64,000 bases of DNA, taken from IMG/VR virus record IMGVR_UViG_3300007754_000002; one strand, given 5' to 3'. Shown here piece by piece: positions 1 through 9,106 of the stretch; the first letter of the stretch is position 1; every line of letters begins with the position of its first letter. A model generated the notes under the pieces. That model was not told where the DNA came from, did no database searches, and was given only the letters and a program-made list of their open reading frames with translations. Source of the stretch: an uncultured virus (IMG/VR IMGVR_UViG_3300007754_000002). Lineage: Duplodnaviria > Heunggongvirae > Uroviricota > Caudoviricetes. The position numbers and the translations under genes are program-made.

Positions 1-267
1 GTCTCAATACCTGCCTACCCCTAGAGGGATGGCAACGAGCAGGATTCGCGCAGCCAGGGAGTCCTCCCCGCACAGAGTCTCAATACCTGCCTACCCCTAG
101 AGGGATGGCAACAGCTTGCGCTCGACCTCGCTCGCTGGGACTCATCCCATGAGTCTCAATACCTGCCTACCCCTAGAGGGATGGCAACAAACAGACAGGG
201 GAGTGGGCCGACATGAACATTGGAGGTCTCAATACCTGCCTACCTCTTCGGAGGATGGAAAGGCAAC
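1..267. CRISPR. CRISPR array, probably truncated by the window start: 3 identical 36-nt repeats, 1 degenerate repeat, 3 spacers (40, 40, 37 nt)
   Basis: GTCTCAATACCTGCCTACCCCTAGAGGGATGGCAAC at 1-36, 77-112 and 153-188; degenerate copy at 226-267. Internal hairpin TGCC...GGCA. The reverse complement ends in ATTGAGAC, resembling ATTGAAAC. Confidence 0.92.
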
Positions 268-297
268 GGCTTCACAAAAACATCGAAGAAAGAGGGT

Positions 298-320
298 AAG
301 TTTCCGGTCCTGGCTCGTAT
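298..320 (+). promoter_or_regulatory. Phage promoter motif (AAGTTT-N11-TCGTAT) upstream of the PARP gene
   Basis: Matches a motif repeated about 15 times in intergenic positions. Confidence 0.65.
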
Positions 321-346
321 TTCAGGGGGCATACGGGAGATAAGAA

Positions 347-2005
347 ATGGCCCAGAAATTCGGCCGGAAGACCCTTCCTCCGGGGTACACCCCGGATCAG
401 TTCACCTACCAGGGGAGGCCGGCGGCGACCGATGGTGACTTCGGCTCGGACGTGGGTCTCGCGGACATGGGCTGCGTGAACCAGTTCGGGGAGGCGAACA
501 ACAGCAAGGCGTATCACTGTGGTGTCGCCAAGACGCCGGACGGCGTCTGGTGGATGTACGCGGAGTGGGGTCGGATCAAGCCGGGCCCCTCGTGGAACAA
601 CGGTCGCTGGACGGGGAACTTTCAGGACTTCCAGTTTGAGCGTCACGCCAGCGAGTCGGCGGCTCGGGCTGCCTTCACGAAGAAGGCGGCGAGCAAGAAC
701 GTGAAGCGGGGTGTGTTCAAGACGATCGGCGGCGTGAAGATGCTCGTCGCGAAGCCTGGGAAGGACTGCTACGTGGTTCAGGATCTCGCGACCCGGGAGA
801 AGGGTCTCCCTGACGCCGCGACCATCAAGGATTCCACGGGTGTGACGCCTACGGCGACGGCGACTGCTGCTCCGACCAAGAAGCCTCGGAAGGCGGCGGG
901 TCGGAGGTTCCACGCGGAGGAGATCCGGCTGGCTCAGGATCTCGTGGGCGGCACCAAGACCTACACGCGGGCTCTGTCGGCTGCGGCCGGGGTTCGGCCG
1001 ACGATGGCGGCGATCACCCGGGTCCGGGATCAGTTCATCCCGGCGGCGATGGAGCGGATCAAGCAGGTGCCGAGTCTGACGGACCAGCTCCGGGACACGG
1101 ACCTCCAGGCGATCACCCGGACGGTGGCGGCTCTGGTTCCGCGGCCCATTCCGCGGACGGGTCAGGACCCGGCGGACTTCCTCCTCTCGGGGAACACGAT
1201 CCTCCAGCTTCAGCAAGACCTGGACGCCTTTGAGGCGTCTCTTGCGAACGAGGATTTCTCGACGGCGGCTCCGGTCTCCACGGTCAACCCCTGGACGGTC
1301 TTGAACGCCAACGTGCGATACCTGCCGACCTCTTCGCCTGAGGGCAAGTGGGTCGCGAGCAAGTTCCCGGCGATGACCAACCACCGCCACAGCTACATCC
1401 GGGGGAAGATGGTGATCAAGTCCATCTTCCGGGTGGATCGCCCCGACCGAGACCGCCTCTTTGAGGCGGAGGTCCGCAAGGTGGCGGCTCGTCGTCGGGG
1501 TCGGTTCTCGCTGAAGGCGAACCTTCAGCCGAAGCGGACGGACCTCAGCGGGGCTGGTGTCGGTGACCTGTACGCTCAGGCCAACGTGATCGTGGGGATC
1601 CACGGCACCCGCCCGGTGAACATCGCCCCCATCATGGGGAGCAACTTCCGTCTCCCCCGCTCTCTGCCGGGTGCTCAGATCACGGGGGCCAACTTCGGTC
1701 ACGGGATCTATTGGGCGACGGACTGGAAGAAGAGCTACGGCTACTGCGGTCGAGGCTACTGGTCTTCGGGGGGCCAGGGCGGAATCAACAGCCGGGGCTG
1801 CTTCATGTTCCTCAGTGACGTGATCATGGGGAAGGCGTACCGGGCTCCTCGGACGGGCTCTTGGGGCAAGCCCCCGGGCGACACCGACTCGGTCTTCGGC
1901 GTCGGTGGCGATTCGGGTCATCGGCTTCAGAACGACGAACACGTCATCTTCGATCCGAACTACCAGCGGATCCGTTACCTCGTGGAGTTCGCGTGGCTGT
2001 CCTGA
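347..2005 (+). CDS. WGR-domain poly(ADP-ribose) polymerase-like ADP-ribosyltransferase
   Basis: N-terminal WGR motif (AEWGRI); helical middle region; catalytic HGT, FGHGIYWA...KSYGY and NDEHVIFD...QRIRYLVEF give an H-Y-E triad. SD GGAG. Confidence 0.88.
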   Translation: MAQKFGRKTLPPGYTPDQFTYQGRPAATDGDFGSDVGLADMGCVNQFGEANNSKAYHCGVAKTPDGVWWMYAEWGRIKPGPSWNNGRWTGNFQDFQFERHASESAARAAFTKKAASKNVKRGVFKTIGGVKMLVAKPGKDCYVVQDLATREKGLPDAATIKDSTGVTPTATATAAPTKKPRKAAGRRFHAEEIRLAQDLVGGTKTYTRALSAAAGVRPTMAAITRVRDQFIPAAMERIKQVPSLTDQLRDTDLQAITRTVAALVPRPIPRTGQDPADFLLSGNTILQLQQDLDAFEASLANEDFSTAAPVSTVNPWTVLNANVRYLPTSSPEGKWVASKFPAMTNHRHSYIRGKMVIKSIFRVDRPDRDRLFEAEVRKVAARRRGRFSLKANLQPKRTDLSGAGVGDLYAQANVIVGIHGTRPVNIAPIMGSNFRLPRSLPGAQITGANFGHGIYWATDWKKSYGYCGRGYWSSGGQGGINSRGCFMFLSDVIMGKAYRAPRTGSWGKPPGDTDSVFGVGGDSGHRLQNDEHVIFDPNYQRIRYLVEFAWLS

Positions 2006-2529
2006 TCTGCCAGCAGTGGGAAGAATCGGAAGCGGGCTGGGGTATCCGCCCAGACGGGTACAGCCTTCACCGGTCCCTGGAAGATGCTCGGGTCTACGTC
2101 CAGGCTCACCGGGCCCGTCAGATCATGGCACGCGAGGGGAAGCCGCCAGGGTGGGTACCTCCAGTGTACACTCGAACGGACGGAGAGCCTTTCCAGGTTC
2201 TCATCACGGATGAGGCGGTGCTGGAGAGGCTCAATGCCTCGGAGCATGGCATCCGGGGTCCGGGGAGGCGTCCGCCTCCGAAGTATGATCCTCCGAAGGA
2301 GGAGGTCTGCGAGCACCCGAGGGTGTTCAGCTTCACGGCGAAGCCTGATGATCGCTGCGGTGGGAAGTGGCATGACGGGGCGGACTGGTATGGCCCGATA
2401 CCCCGCCTCTCGGGTCTCAGCGGGGGCGACGGCTACATCGGGGCTCGGATCTGCGTGGACTGCCATCGGATCCTCGGCCTCTTAACCGAAGAGATCCTCG
2501 CCGCCGCGGTGGCGAACCGGGAGGGTTGA
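1993..2529 (+). CDS. Hypothetical phage protein
   Basis: GTG start overlapping the PARP stop; WEESEAGWGIRPDGYSLH; Cys/His-rich C-terminus. Confidence 0.55.
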   Translation: MAVLICQQWEESEAGWGIRPDGYSLHRSLEDARVYVQAHRARQIMAREGKPPGWVPPVYTRTDGEPFQVLITDEAVLERLNASEHGIRGPGRRPPPKYDPPKEEVCEHPRVFSFTAKPDDRCGGKWHDGADWYGPIPRLSGLSGGDGYIGARICVDCHRILGLLTEEILAAAVANREG

Positions 2530-2840
2530 TGCTGACTCACATCTCCACCAACCAGGACCAGGACATGAGGGCACCCCTCCAGTACCGATGGGATCGGGAG
2601 TCCTTCTACACGGGACCTGACGGGACCCGTTTCCGGCTCAAGAGCCGGAAAACGACTCAGTGGACTACGGAGGTCTCCTGGGCGAAGGCGGAGGTCTTCA
2701 GGGATCTCCAGTGGGTCGAGATCGCTGACCTGTCCGCCGCTGAGCGGCGGGGTCTGGATCAGGAGACATGGGAGGGGCTCTTGTTGAGGAAGGTGAACTT
2801 CCTCCTGGGCTACGCCACCACCGCGGCGGTGAAGTCATGA
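2526..2840 (+). CDS. Hypothetical protein
   Basis: 4-nt overlaps with both neighbours; SD GGAGG. Confidence 0.55.
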   Translation: MMLTHISTNQDQDMRAPLQYRWDRESFYTGPDGTRFRLKSRKTTQWTTEVSWAKAEVFRDLQWVEIADLSAAERRGLDQETWEGLLLRKVNFLLGYATTAAVKS

Positions 2841-3241
2841 GCACGAACACCTACGCCGTCTGTTGGGAGCGGAAGCAAGTCTTTGACTTGGGGAACCACT
2901 CGACGCCCCTGATCCCTAGAGATCAGGCATCGGTGGTGTACAACCGTCAGCAGCTCGGGGACGCGATCGACAACGTCCGCCGGGTGAAGAGGATTTCCGG
3001 TTGGATCTACTACGGCGTGGACGAGTCTGGGAAGCGAGCGACGCTCCTGTGCGTCTCGTGGATGGCTCGTAGCGGCATCTCCGAGGTAGAGGTGGTCAAG
3101 GAGGGCTGCGGCGAGCCCTGGTGTCTCTCAGACGGTCCCCTGAGCCCTGAGTGGACCTACTTCACGCCCTTCAGTAATCCGAACGTCGTCCCCGATCCGT
3201 ATACTCGGCGGGGCGAGGTTCCCTACCGGCCGATGATCTGA
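2837..3241 (+). CDS. Hypothetical protein
   Basis: ATGA overlap with the upstream stop. Confidence 0.5.
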   Translation: MSTNTYAVCWERKQVFDLGNHSTPLIPRDQASVVYNRQQLGDAIDNVRRVKRISGWIYYGVDESGKRATLLCVSWMARSGISEVEVVKEGCGEPWCLSDGPLSPEWTYFTPFSNPNVVPDPYTRRGEVPYRPMI

Positions 3242-3259
3242 TTGACCAGGAGAGCTTCG

Positions 3260-3460
3260 ATGGCTTGGATCGTGGAAAACGCGAAGCCGCGATTTGTGTA
3301 CTGCGACGAGTGCCGGGCGAAGATCGCCTATCTTCCGGAAGAGGTACAGCGGTATTCCGGACGGGATATAAGCGGCGGCCCAAGTGGCTACGAGCGGGTC
3401 AAGTGCCCCAGGGTGAAGCCTCGTCGGTGCCCTGGGTATGGATATATCCGTGTCTGGTAG
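3260..3460 (+). CDS. Small Zn-ribbon protein
   Basis: SD AGGAG; CDEC...CP...C. Confidence 0.5.
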   Translation: MAWIVENAKPRFVYCDECRAKIAYLPEEVQRYSGRDISGGPSGYERVKCPRVKPRRCPGYGYIRVW

Positions 3461-3757
3461 TTCACGATTCCCGCACGTCTGGAAGAAGCCTGAAGGGGCT
3501 TTGATGGCGACCTGCGAGGTTTGCGATCAGACGACCCTCTATCCTGATGACATGGTCTCCTGCCCCGCGGCGATGAAGGCAGAGATTGAACGTCTGGATG
3601 CGGAGAACACCATCCTCCGGGGGCTCGCTCAGAAGGTGGAATGTCCCCACAAGCAACGAGGGGGCGACGGAGTATGTCGGATGGGGTACCCTGGCTGTGC
3701 CTGCGCTGATGACCTGATGGCGATGTTCGATCTGCTCTCGGAGCAAAGGGATTAAGA

Positions 3758-4054
3758 ATGGCGGCTGACGGTCTCTGCTTCTTCGCGGCTCGGCTCAAGC
3801 GGGAAGACTGCGACGACGCCCTCATTGAGGATCTCTTGATCAAGGGTCAGGCTCAGCAGGATCCTTCCCGGGAGTATGTCTACGTGATGCCGGAGGAAGA
3901 GATCTCCATCTCCCAGAGAGCTGATGAAGCGACCTTCGCTCTGGTGCCGGCTCCGCCTGAGCGGATCACAGACCTCCGCCATGTGGTCTCTCGGATGATC
4001 GCGAATCAGAGGGCAGAAGTGGTTGTGGGCTTCTGGTTGAGCATTTCTCGATAA
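3758..4054 (+). CDS. Hypothetical protein
   Basis: ORF in a co-directional run. Confidence 0.45.
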   Translation: MAADGLCFFAARLKREDCDDALIEDLLIKGQAQQDPSREYVYVMPEEEISISQRADEATFALVPAPPERITDLRHVVSRMIANQRAEVVVGFWLSISR

Positions 4055-4068
4055 AAAAATTCGAGAAA
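4044..4068. terminator. Hairpin, possible terminator
   Basis: TTTCTCGA-N9-TCGAGAAA inverted repeat between the gene end and the next promoter. Confidence 0.4.
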
Positions 4069-4075
4069 GGGCAGC

Positions 4076-4098
4076 AAGTTTTCCCTAGCGACTCGTAT
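4076..4098 (+). promoter_or_regulatory. Phage promoter motif AAGTTT-N11-TCGTAT
   Basis: Recurrent motif. Confidence 0.7.
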
Positions 4099-4178
4099 AC
4101 CAGAATGTCCCCGGAGCACCGGGGAGTTCGACGGAAACGAAACCGCTCAACCCCAGACAGGGGACGGGAGACACCCAA

Positions 4179-5087
4179 ATGAGCACCTCCGACAGCAACA
4201 CCCTCAGCCTCGCCATCTCCAACGCCGTCACCACGGCGACCGCCGCCGGTCTGGACAGCGGCGGCATCTGGCGGGCGGCCTGTGACGCCGTCGTGGAGGC
4301 CCGCCTCCAGAGCAACTCGCCTTTCAGCTCGGGCGAGATCGCGGCGATCCTCCGCACCTTCGACCCGACGTTGAAGTTCAGCGTCGGCGCGGTCGGTGAG
4401 CGGCTCCGCGACGCCTTCTTCGCGGGGGAGTACCTGTTCCAGGTCCCCGAGATCACGGACTACAACGACCACGGCGATCCGATCTACGCGACCGACGCCG
4501 ACGACGAGATCCTCTACGCCGACGAGCCGGCCCAGCAGATCACCCGGTACACCGAGGGTCTCGGCCGCACGGTGGCGGGAACGATGGTCTTCGTCTACGC
4601 CTCGACCTACGAGGCGGGCGAAGAGGCGGCTTTCGAGGTGGATATCCCCCGCCCCGGCACGGACGTGGCGGTCAACCCGACCACGGGTGTTCCCGACGCC
4701 CCGGTGCCCCACACCCCCACCCGCGACGCCTCGACGGACGACGGTCCCCGGGCGGCCCAGGTGGCGAAGGCGACCCGCCGGGGCTCCCTCCGCTGCACCG
4801 TCCAGCGGAACGGCCGCATGAACGTGGGGCGGCCGGTGCTGGAGAGCTACGCCCTCCTGTCCCGGCAGGGGATCAAGGCGGACACGAAGGTGTACGTCTG
4901 GGTGGACAGCGGCACGCAGACCATGACCCTCCGCCTGAAGGACGACCCCGCGAGCCCCGCGGCGAAGACCTACAGCATCTTCCGCGGCCGGATCCTCATC
5001 AACCTGAACCCCCTGGGGTTCAGCCGCCCCGCCGGGCAGAGCTACACGGCGAACGTGGTCCCCACCGGGATCGTCATCTCCCTCTAG
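4179..5087 (+). CDS. Hypothetical protein, probably highly expressed
   Basis: 302 aa; strong GC3 codon bias; own promoter, SD GGAG and terminator. Confidence 0.75.
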   Translation: MSTSDSNTLSLAISNAVTTATAAGLDSGGIWRAACDAVVEARLQSNSPFSSGEIAAILRTFDPTLKFSVGAVGERLRDAFFAGEYLFQVPEITDYNDHGDPIYATDADDEILYADEPAQQITRYTEGLGRTVAGTMVFVYASTYEAGEEAAFEVDIPRPGTDVAVNPTTGVPDAPVPHTPTRDASTDDGPRAAQVAKATRRGSLRCTVQRNGRMNVGRPVLESYALLSRQGIKADTKVYVWVDSGTQTMTLRLKDDPASPAAKTYSIFRGRILINLNPLGFSRPAGQSYTANVVPTGIVISL

Positions 5088-5129
5088 GAGCACTAGTCCG
5101 GCCCCCTCCCCCTGCCCCCGGTTAGTGCG

Positions 5130-5169
5130 CGCGGCCCGCTCCCCTCCCGGAGCGGGCCGCACCCGTTTT
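5130..5169 (+). terminator. Intrinsic terminator
   Basis: GCGGCCCGCTCC/GGAGCGGGCCGC stem followed by TTTT. Confidence 0.65.
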
Positions 5170-5182
5170 CAGGAGTCTCCTC

Positions 5183-5329
5183 ATGATCACCCACCGCGTC
5201 GGTACCCAGGATGGGCACCCCTACATCGAATGTCTCATCTGCGGGATGAAGAGCTTCAACAAGAACGACATTCGGTATCTATGGTGTGCCAAGTGTGGGG
5301 GGACCCACCCTATCCCGGAGCACTCGTGA
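5183..5329 (+). CDS. Small Zn-ribbon protein (48 aa)
   Basis: SD AGGAG; MITHRVG...CLICG...CAKCG; GTGA overlap with the next gene. Confidence 0.5.
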   Translation: MITHRVGTQDGHPYIECLICGMKSFNKNDIRYLWCAKCGGTHPIPEHS

Positions 5330-6198
5330 AGATCACCGGAAGACTAATCAGTGACACGCATGGGGAATTCTCCCGCGATGGCGGGGTAGCCTTCGCTCAA
5401 GACCTCCCCGCGGAGGGGGTGGATGTTCTGGTCGCCGCCGGGGATATCGCCGGCTACCTGGATCTGGCGAGTGTCCTAGGCATTCTGGCTGACCGGTTCC
5501 CCGCGGTGTTGGTGGTTCTGGGGAACCACGAGTATTACGGGACCAGCAAGGCTCAGGTGACGGAGACCATGTTGGGGATCACGGAGCGACACCCCAACCT
5601 GTCGTGGTTGAACCGGACGACGACAGAGGTGGCTGGGATCACGTTCGCCGGGGCAACGAGCTGGTGGGGCCGGCATCCGGACAATCCTACGGTGGAGGAG
5701 ATCGAATTTCTGAAGGCCGGGATCACGAAACAGGCTGTCCATGCCCTTGTCAGCCGACGGGGGATTTCCTACGCCGCCGCCAAACGAGGGCTCGTAGATC
5801 AAGCTCGCCAGATCGCACGCCGGTCCATCAACGACTTTTTGAAGGTCGAAGACCTGTTGAGCTGGGTCTACCGGGATCACGACGAGGACATGGCGTTTCT
5901 TCAATCCCAGGCATCCCGGGCTGATGTGGTCGTCACACACCTCGCTCCGAGCCCCAGGAGCGTTGCTCTTCGCTGGGTGGGGTCTCCTATCAACCGCTAC
6001 TTTCTGAATGACCTGGAAGGCGTTGTGGAGGCTTCAGGGGCTTCTTTTTGGCTCCACGGGCATATGCACACCCCCTGTGACTACGTCGTAGGGACGACCC
6101 GGGTGCTCTGCGATCCCCGGGGCTATCCCCGGGAGGGGCGTTACCACGGGTACACGGGGACGCTGTTTGAGGTCCAGGCTCGGGGTAAGGGAGATTAG
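5326..6198 (+). CDS. Calcineurin-like metallophosphoesterase
   Basis: SDTH, AGDI, GNHE, VTHLAP and HGHMH motifs. Confidence 0.88.
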   Translation: MKITGRLISDTHGEFSRDGGVAFAQDLPAEGVDVLVAAGDIAGYLDLASVLGILADRFPAVLVVLGNHEYYGTSKAQVTETMLGITERHPNLSWLNRTTTEVAGITFAGATSWWGRHPDNPTVEEIEFLKAGITKQAVHALVSRRGISYAAAKRGLVDQARQIARRSINDFLKVEDLLSWVYRDHDEDMAFLQSQASRADVVVTHLAPSPRSVALRWVGSPINRYFLNDLEGVVEASGASFWLHGHMHTPCDYVVGTTRVLCDPRGYPREGRYHGYTGTLFEVQARGKGD

Positions 6199-6249
6199 GG
6201 CTAGCCTTTCATCTGGGGATCAATCGTAGCCCTATGGGCAAGGTGGTGT

Positions 6250-7092
6250 GTGGAACCAAGAGACTCCTTAGAGTTCTTCCTTCGGGAAGCCGGCCGGTAC
6301 AAGCTCCTGACTCGCGAGGAAGAAGTCGTCCTCGCGAAGCGGATAAAACATGGGAGTCCGGCGGACGCCGATCTCGCTCGGCAATCGATGATCCAAGCTA
6401 ATCTCCGGCTGGTGGTGTCGATCGCGAAGTCGGAGCACAAGAAGTTCAGCTATCTTCAGCTCCCGGATCTGGTTCAAGAGGGCATGATCGGGCTCGCCCG
6501 CGGGGTTGAGAAGTTCGATTACAAGAGAGGCTTCAAGTTCTCCACCTACGCCTCATGGTGGATTCGTCAGGCGATTCACCGGTACTGCCAGTCCGAGCAT
6601 TCGGTGAGGCTCCCCGTCTACCAGCATGAGAACATCACCAAGTTGAACCGGGCCAGGGCTCACCTCTACCAGAAGAACCACCAGGAGCCTTCCCATCAGG
6701 AAGTGGCGGAATACCTCGGGTGGCCCGTCACGAAAGTCGAGAAGACCCACAGGATCAATCGCCGGGTGGTCTCTCTTGACGCCCCAATGGATGAGCGGAC
6801 GGATCAATGCCTGGGAGACACCCTGGCGGACAACCGCCCCTTCGCTGAAGACGTACTGGAGGAAGCCTCTGTCAACGAGAGGTTGAATCGGGTCATGTTG
6901 GAAGCCTTGGATGAGCGTGAGATTCAAATCCTGGTCCAACGGTACGGGTTGGACCGGGCTGAGCCTCGCAGCTTGGATGCCATCGGCAGCGGCCTGAAAG
7001 ATCCCGTGACCCGAGAGCGGGTCAGGCAGATTGAGATGAGAGCCCGGAAGAGGCTTCGCCGCCACATCCGACGGGATGAGGTGCTGGGGTGA
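6250..7092 (+). CDS. Sigma-70 family RNA polymerase sigma factor (RpoD/RpoS-like)
   Basis: [44 protein letters not shown]. Confidence 0.93.
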   Translation: MEPRDSLEFFLREAGRYKLLTREEEVVLAKRIKHGSPADADLARQSMIQANLRLVVSIAKSEHKKFSYLQLPDLVQEGMIGLARGVEKFDYKRGFKFSTYASWWIRQAIHRYCQSEHSVRLPVYQHENITKLNRARAHLYQKNHQEPSHQEVAEYLGWPVTKVEKTHRINRRVVSLDAPMDERTDQCLGDTLADNRPFAEDVLEEASVNERLNRVMLEALDEREIQILVQRYGLDRAEPRSLDAIGSGLKDPVTRERVRQIEMRARKRLRRHIRRDEVLG

Positions 7093-7679
7093 GTCGGGCA
7101 ATTCGCCGGGCCAATCGAATCCGCGAAGAGATCCCAATCATCCAGGTGCTCGCTGATTACGGCTATCGGGTCCACCCTCATGGCGGTGAACGGGAGCAGC
7201 AGTTTTCTTGCGACCTTCATGGTGACGGTCAGGATCAAAAGCCGTCAGCTCGGGTCTATCCAACCTCGGATTCCTTCTACTGCTTCGCCTGCTCAGTCTC
7301 ACGGGATGCTATCCGGCTGACCCGTGAGAAAGAAGGGGTGGGGTTCTGGGAGGCGTGCCGGCGACTGGAGCAGCGGTACGGCTTACCCCCGCTTCCCTGG
7401 GAACCGGAGGACGAACCCGAGCCCGATTTCTCGAAAGAGGTCCAAGCGACCTTTAAGACCCGTCGGACAGTGGAGGAGGAGCTGTCTCGGCTGGAGACGT
7501 TCCTCGGGGCGTTGACTCAAGATCGGGATCTTCCGCTTCGGGATCTCCTCCTGGGATGGGAAGCTGTAGATCGGGTCGCTCACCTCCACCAACAAGAGGT
7601 TCTCCGGGAGGTCCAGGCGAAGAATGCCCTGGTACAGGTAAGACACCGACTGCTGGAGCGTTTACGGGAGACTGGATGA
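7089..7679 (+). CDS. CHC2 zinc-finger protein (DnaG primase zinc-binding-domain-like)
   Basis: CDLH...PSARVY...FYCFAC...DAI; no TOPRIM domain. Confidence 0.75.
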   Translation: MSRAIRRANRIREEIPIIQVLADYGYRVHPHGGEREQQFSCDLHGDGQDQKPSARVYPTSDSFYCFACSVSRDAIRLTREKEGVGFWEACRRLEQRYGLPPLPWEPEDEPEPDFSKEVQATFKTRRTVEEELSRLETFLGALTQDRDLPLRDLLLGWEAVDRVAHLHQQEVLREVQAKNALVQVRHRLLERLRETG

Positions 7680-7993
7680 TTGAGCTGACTTCCGAGGGAT
7701 CTTCAGGAATCGTCGCTCAGGGAGAACCCGTAGTGGTGGTCCCCGAGTTCATTCGCTATGTGGACGGGCAGGGGGTAGTGGGCACGGTGAAAGCCACGTT
7801 TGACTGCTCTGGTCTGCCTCCGGAGCTACACGCGATGTTCCTGGACACTATCAGGGGGATGGGGCAGCAGGTTCACATCGGGGGGGTGATGCACATGTAC
7901 TTCCCGGATCGATATGCGAAACCTGAGCCCGAGAAGGCGGAGCCGGTCGCTAAGCCGCTCCCGTGGTGGTCTCTTCGTCGGTGGTTCGGATGA
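7676..7993 (+). CDS. Hypothetical protein
   Basis: ATGA overlaps on both sides. Confidence 0.5.
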   Translation: MIELTSEGSSGIVAQGEPVVVVPEFIRYVDGQGVVGTVKATFDCSGLPPELHAMFLDTIRGMGQQVHIGGVMHMYFPDRYAKPEPEKAEPVAKPLPWWSLRRWFG

Positions 7994-8625
7994 GAGTAAT
8001 CCATCTCTGTCGGAAGCCCTTGAGTGAGACTTCGGTGGCTCGTAATGTCCAGGAGCAGGGTACCGGGGGCCTGAACATTGACGCCAGCCGTGTCGGTTAT
8101 GGCGTCCGTCTCCAGACGGCGGCTGGTGGTCTTGGGGACGGGGAAATCTACGGGGAGGCGGACACCTACGAGAAGGGGACAGGGAGGGAGTACCGGATTG
8201 GGGGGAGATGGCCCTCCAACCTCATCCTTCAGCACCTCCCTGGGTGTCGGTGTCGAGGAACCCGGCGAGTCCAAGCTAGAAGTTCTCCGGTAGGCAGGGG
8301 GTCTGCGGTGGCCTGTAGAGACCCGGGAATCTACGGGTCCGTTCCGGACCCGAGCCTGAACAATGTGCAATCTCCGGGATACCGCGAGCCGGATGGCAGG
8401 GAGACCATCTCGGACTGGACCTGCGAGCCGGGGTGCCCGGTGTTGCGCCTGGACGAGATCAGTGGTGAGAGGCGATCAGCGGGCTTCTATCCTTCGGAGT
8501 ATAGGGGGACCGGGGAAGGCGCCGTCTACGGGGAGGGTCGCCGCCACCAGGGGACGCTTTACGAAGACACTGGCGGGGCCTCTCGCTTCTTCAAGCAGGT
8601 GGGCGGGGAAATTGAGTCTCCGTGA
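7990..8625 (+). CDS. Stand-alone DNA-methyltransferase insert-like protein (no catalytic motifs)
   Basis: RKPLSE...GTGGLNIDASRV...GRWPSNLIL...GASRFFKQV; paralog at 17536. Confidence 0.65.
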   Translation: MRVIHLCRKPLSETSVARNVQEQGTGGLNIDASRVGYGVRLQTAAGGLGDGEIYGEADTYEKGTGREYRIGGRWPSNLILQHLPGCRCRGTRRVQARSSPVGRGSAVACRDPGIYGSVPDPSLNNVQSPGYREPDGRETISDWTCEPGCPVLRLDEISGERRSAGFYPSEYRGTGEGAVYGEGRRHQGTLYEDTGGASRFFKQVGGEIESP

Positions 8626-9052
8626 GGTGACCTTCAACGACCGGGAACAGGGCGAGATCCGCCTGTTGATTTCGGCCCCAACTCTATCCGACCCCTGGGG
8701 GATCATGGGATCTCTCCGGGGGACGGAATGGGAGCCCTTGATTCAGGTTGTCAGCGGGCAGGCGTTGAGCCATGCCCTTCATGGCTGGGCGACTCCGCTA
8801 GTCCGGGAGCTTGGGATCTCGGCTCGCCACCGAGCCCGCAGGATCTCGGAGGAGGGGGGCCGGTGTGCTCTGCACCAGGAGTGTCTCTCAGCGAGCCCTG
8901 AGTGCCATCCTAAATCCCGCAAGGTCCCGGATTGCTACGAGGCTCCGAATGTTACCCCAGGGGGGTCTCTGGCGGCTTCCCGGGTGGTTCTCGCGTGGCG
9001 AGAAAACCGCGTGGTTGTGGTGATCGCGGGTGAGGAGCACAACCTGAGCTGA
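8612..9052 (+). CDS. Hypothetical Cys-containing protein
   Basis: ORF fills the gap before the polymerase. Confidence 0.5.
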   Translation: MSLREVTFNDREQGEIRLLISAPTLSDPWGIMGSLRGTEWEPLIQVVSGQALSHALHGWATPLVRELGISARHRARRISEEGGRCALHQECLSASPECHPKSRKVPDCYEAPNVTPGGSLAASRVVLAWRENRVVVVIAGEEHNLS

Positions 9053-9106
9053 CGGTAGGGGATGCGTCACCGTCAGGTTGTATAGGTGAGACAGGAGGCT
9101 CCTTTT

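Noticed and set aside
272..1942. Long antisense ORFs (e.g. 272-1942, 3966-5162, 50619-51665, 56217-57167)
   Set aside because: These are shadow frames of high-GC3 genes on the opposite strand, with Arg/Pro-rich composition and no motifs
4154..4164. CAGACAGGGGA match to CRISPR spacer 3
   Set aside because: Only 11 nt, which is compatible with chance. No convincing self-target was seen by eye, and the search was not exhaustive.
7089..7679. Complete DnaG primase
   Set aside because: Only the CHC2 Zn finger is present, with no TOPRIM motifs
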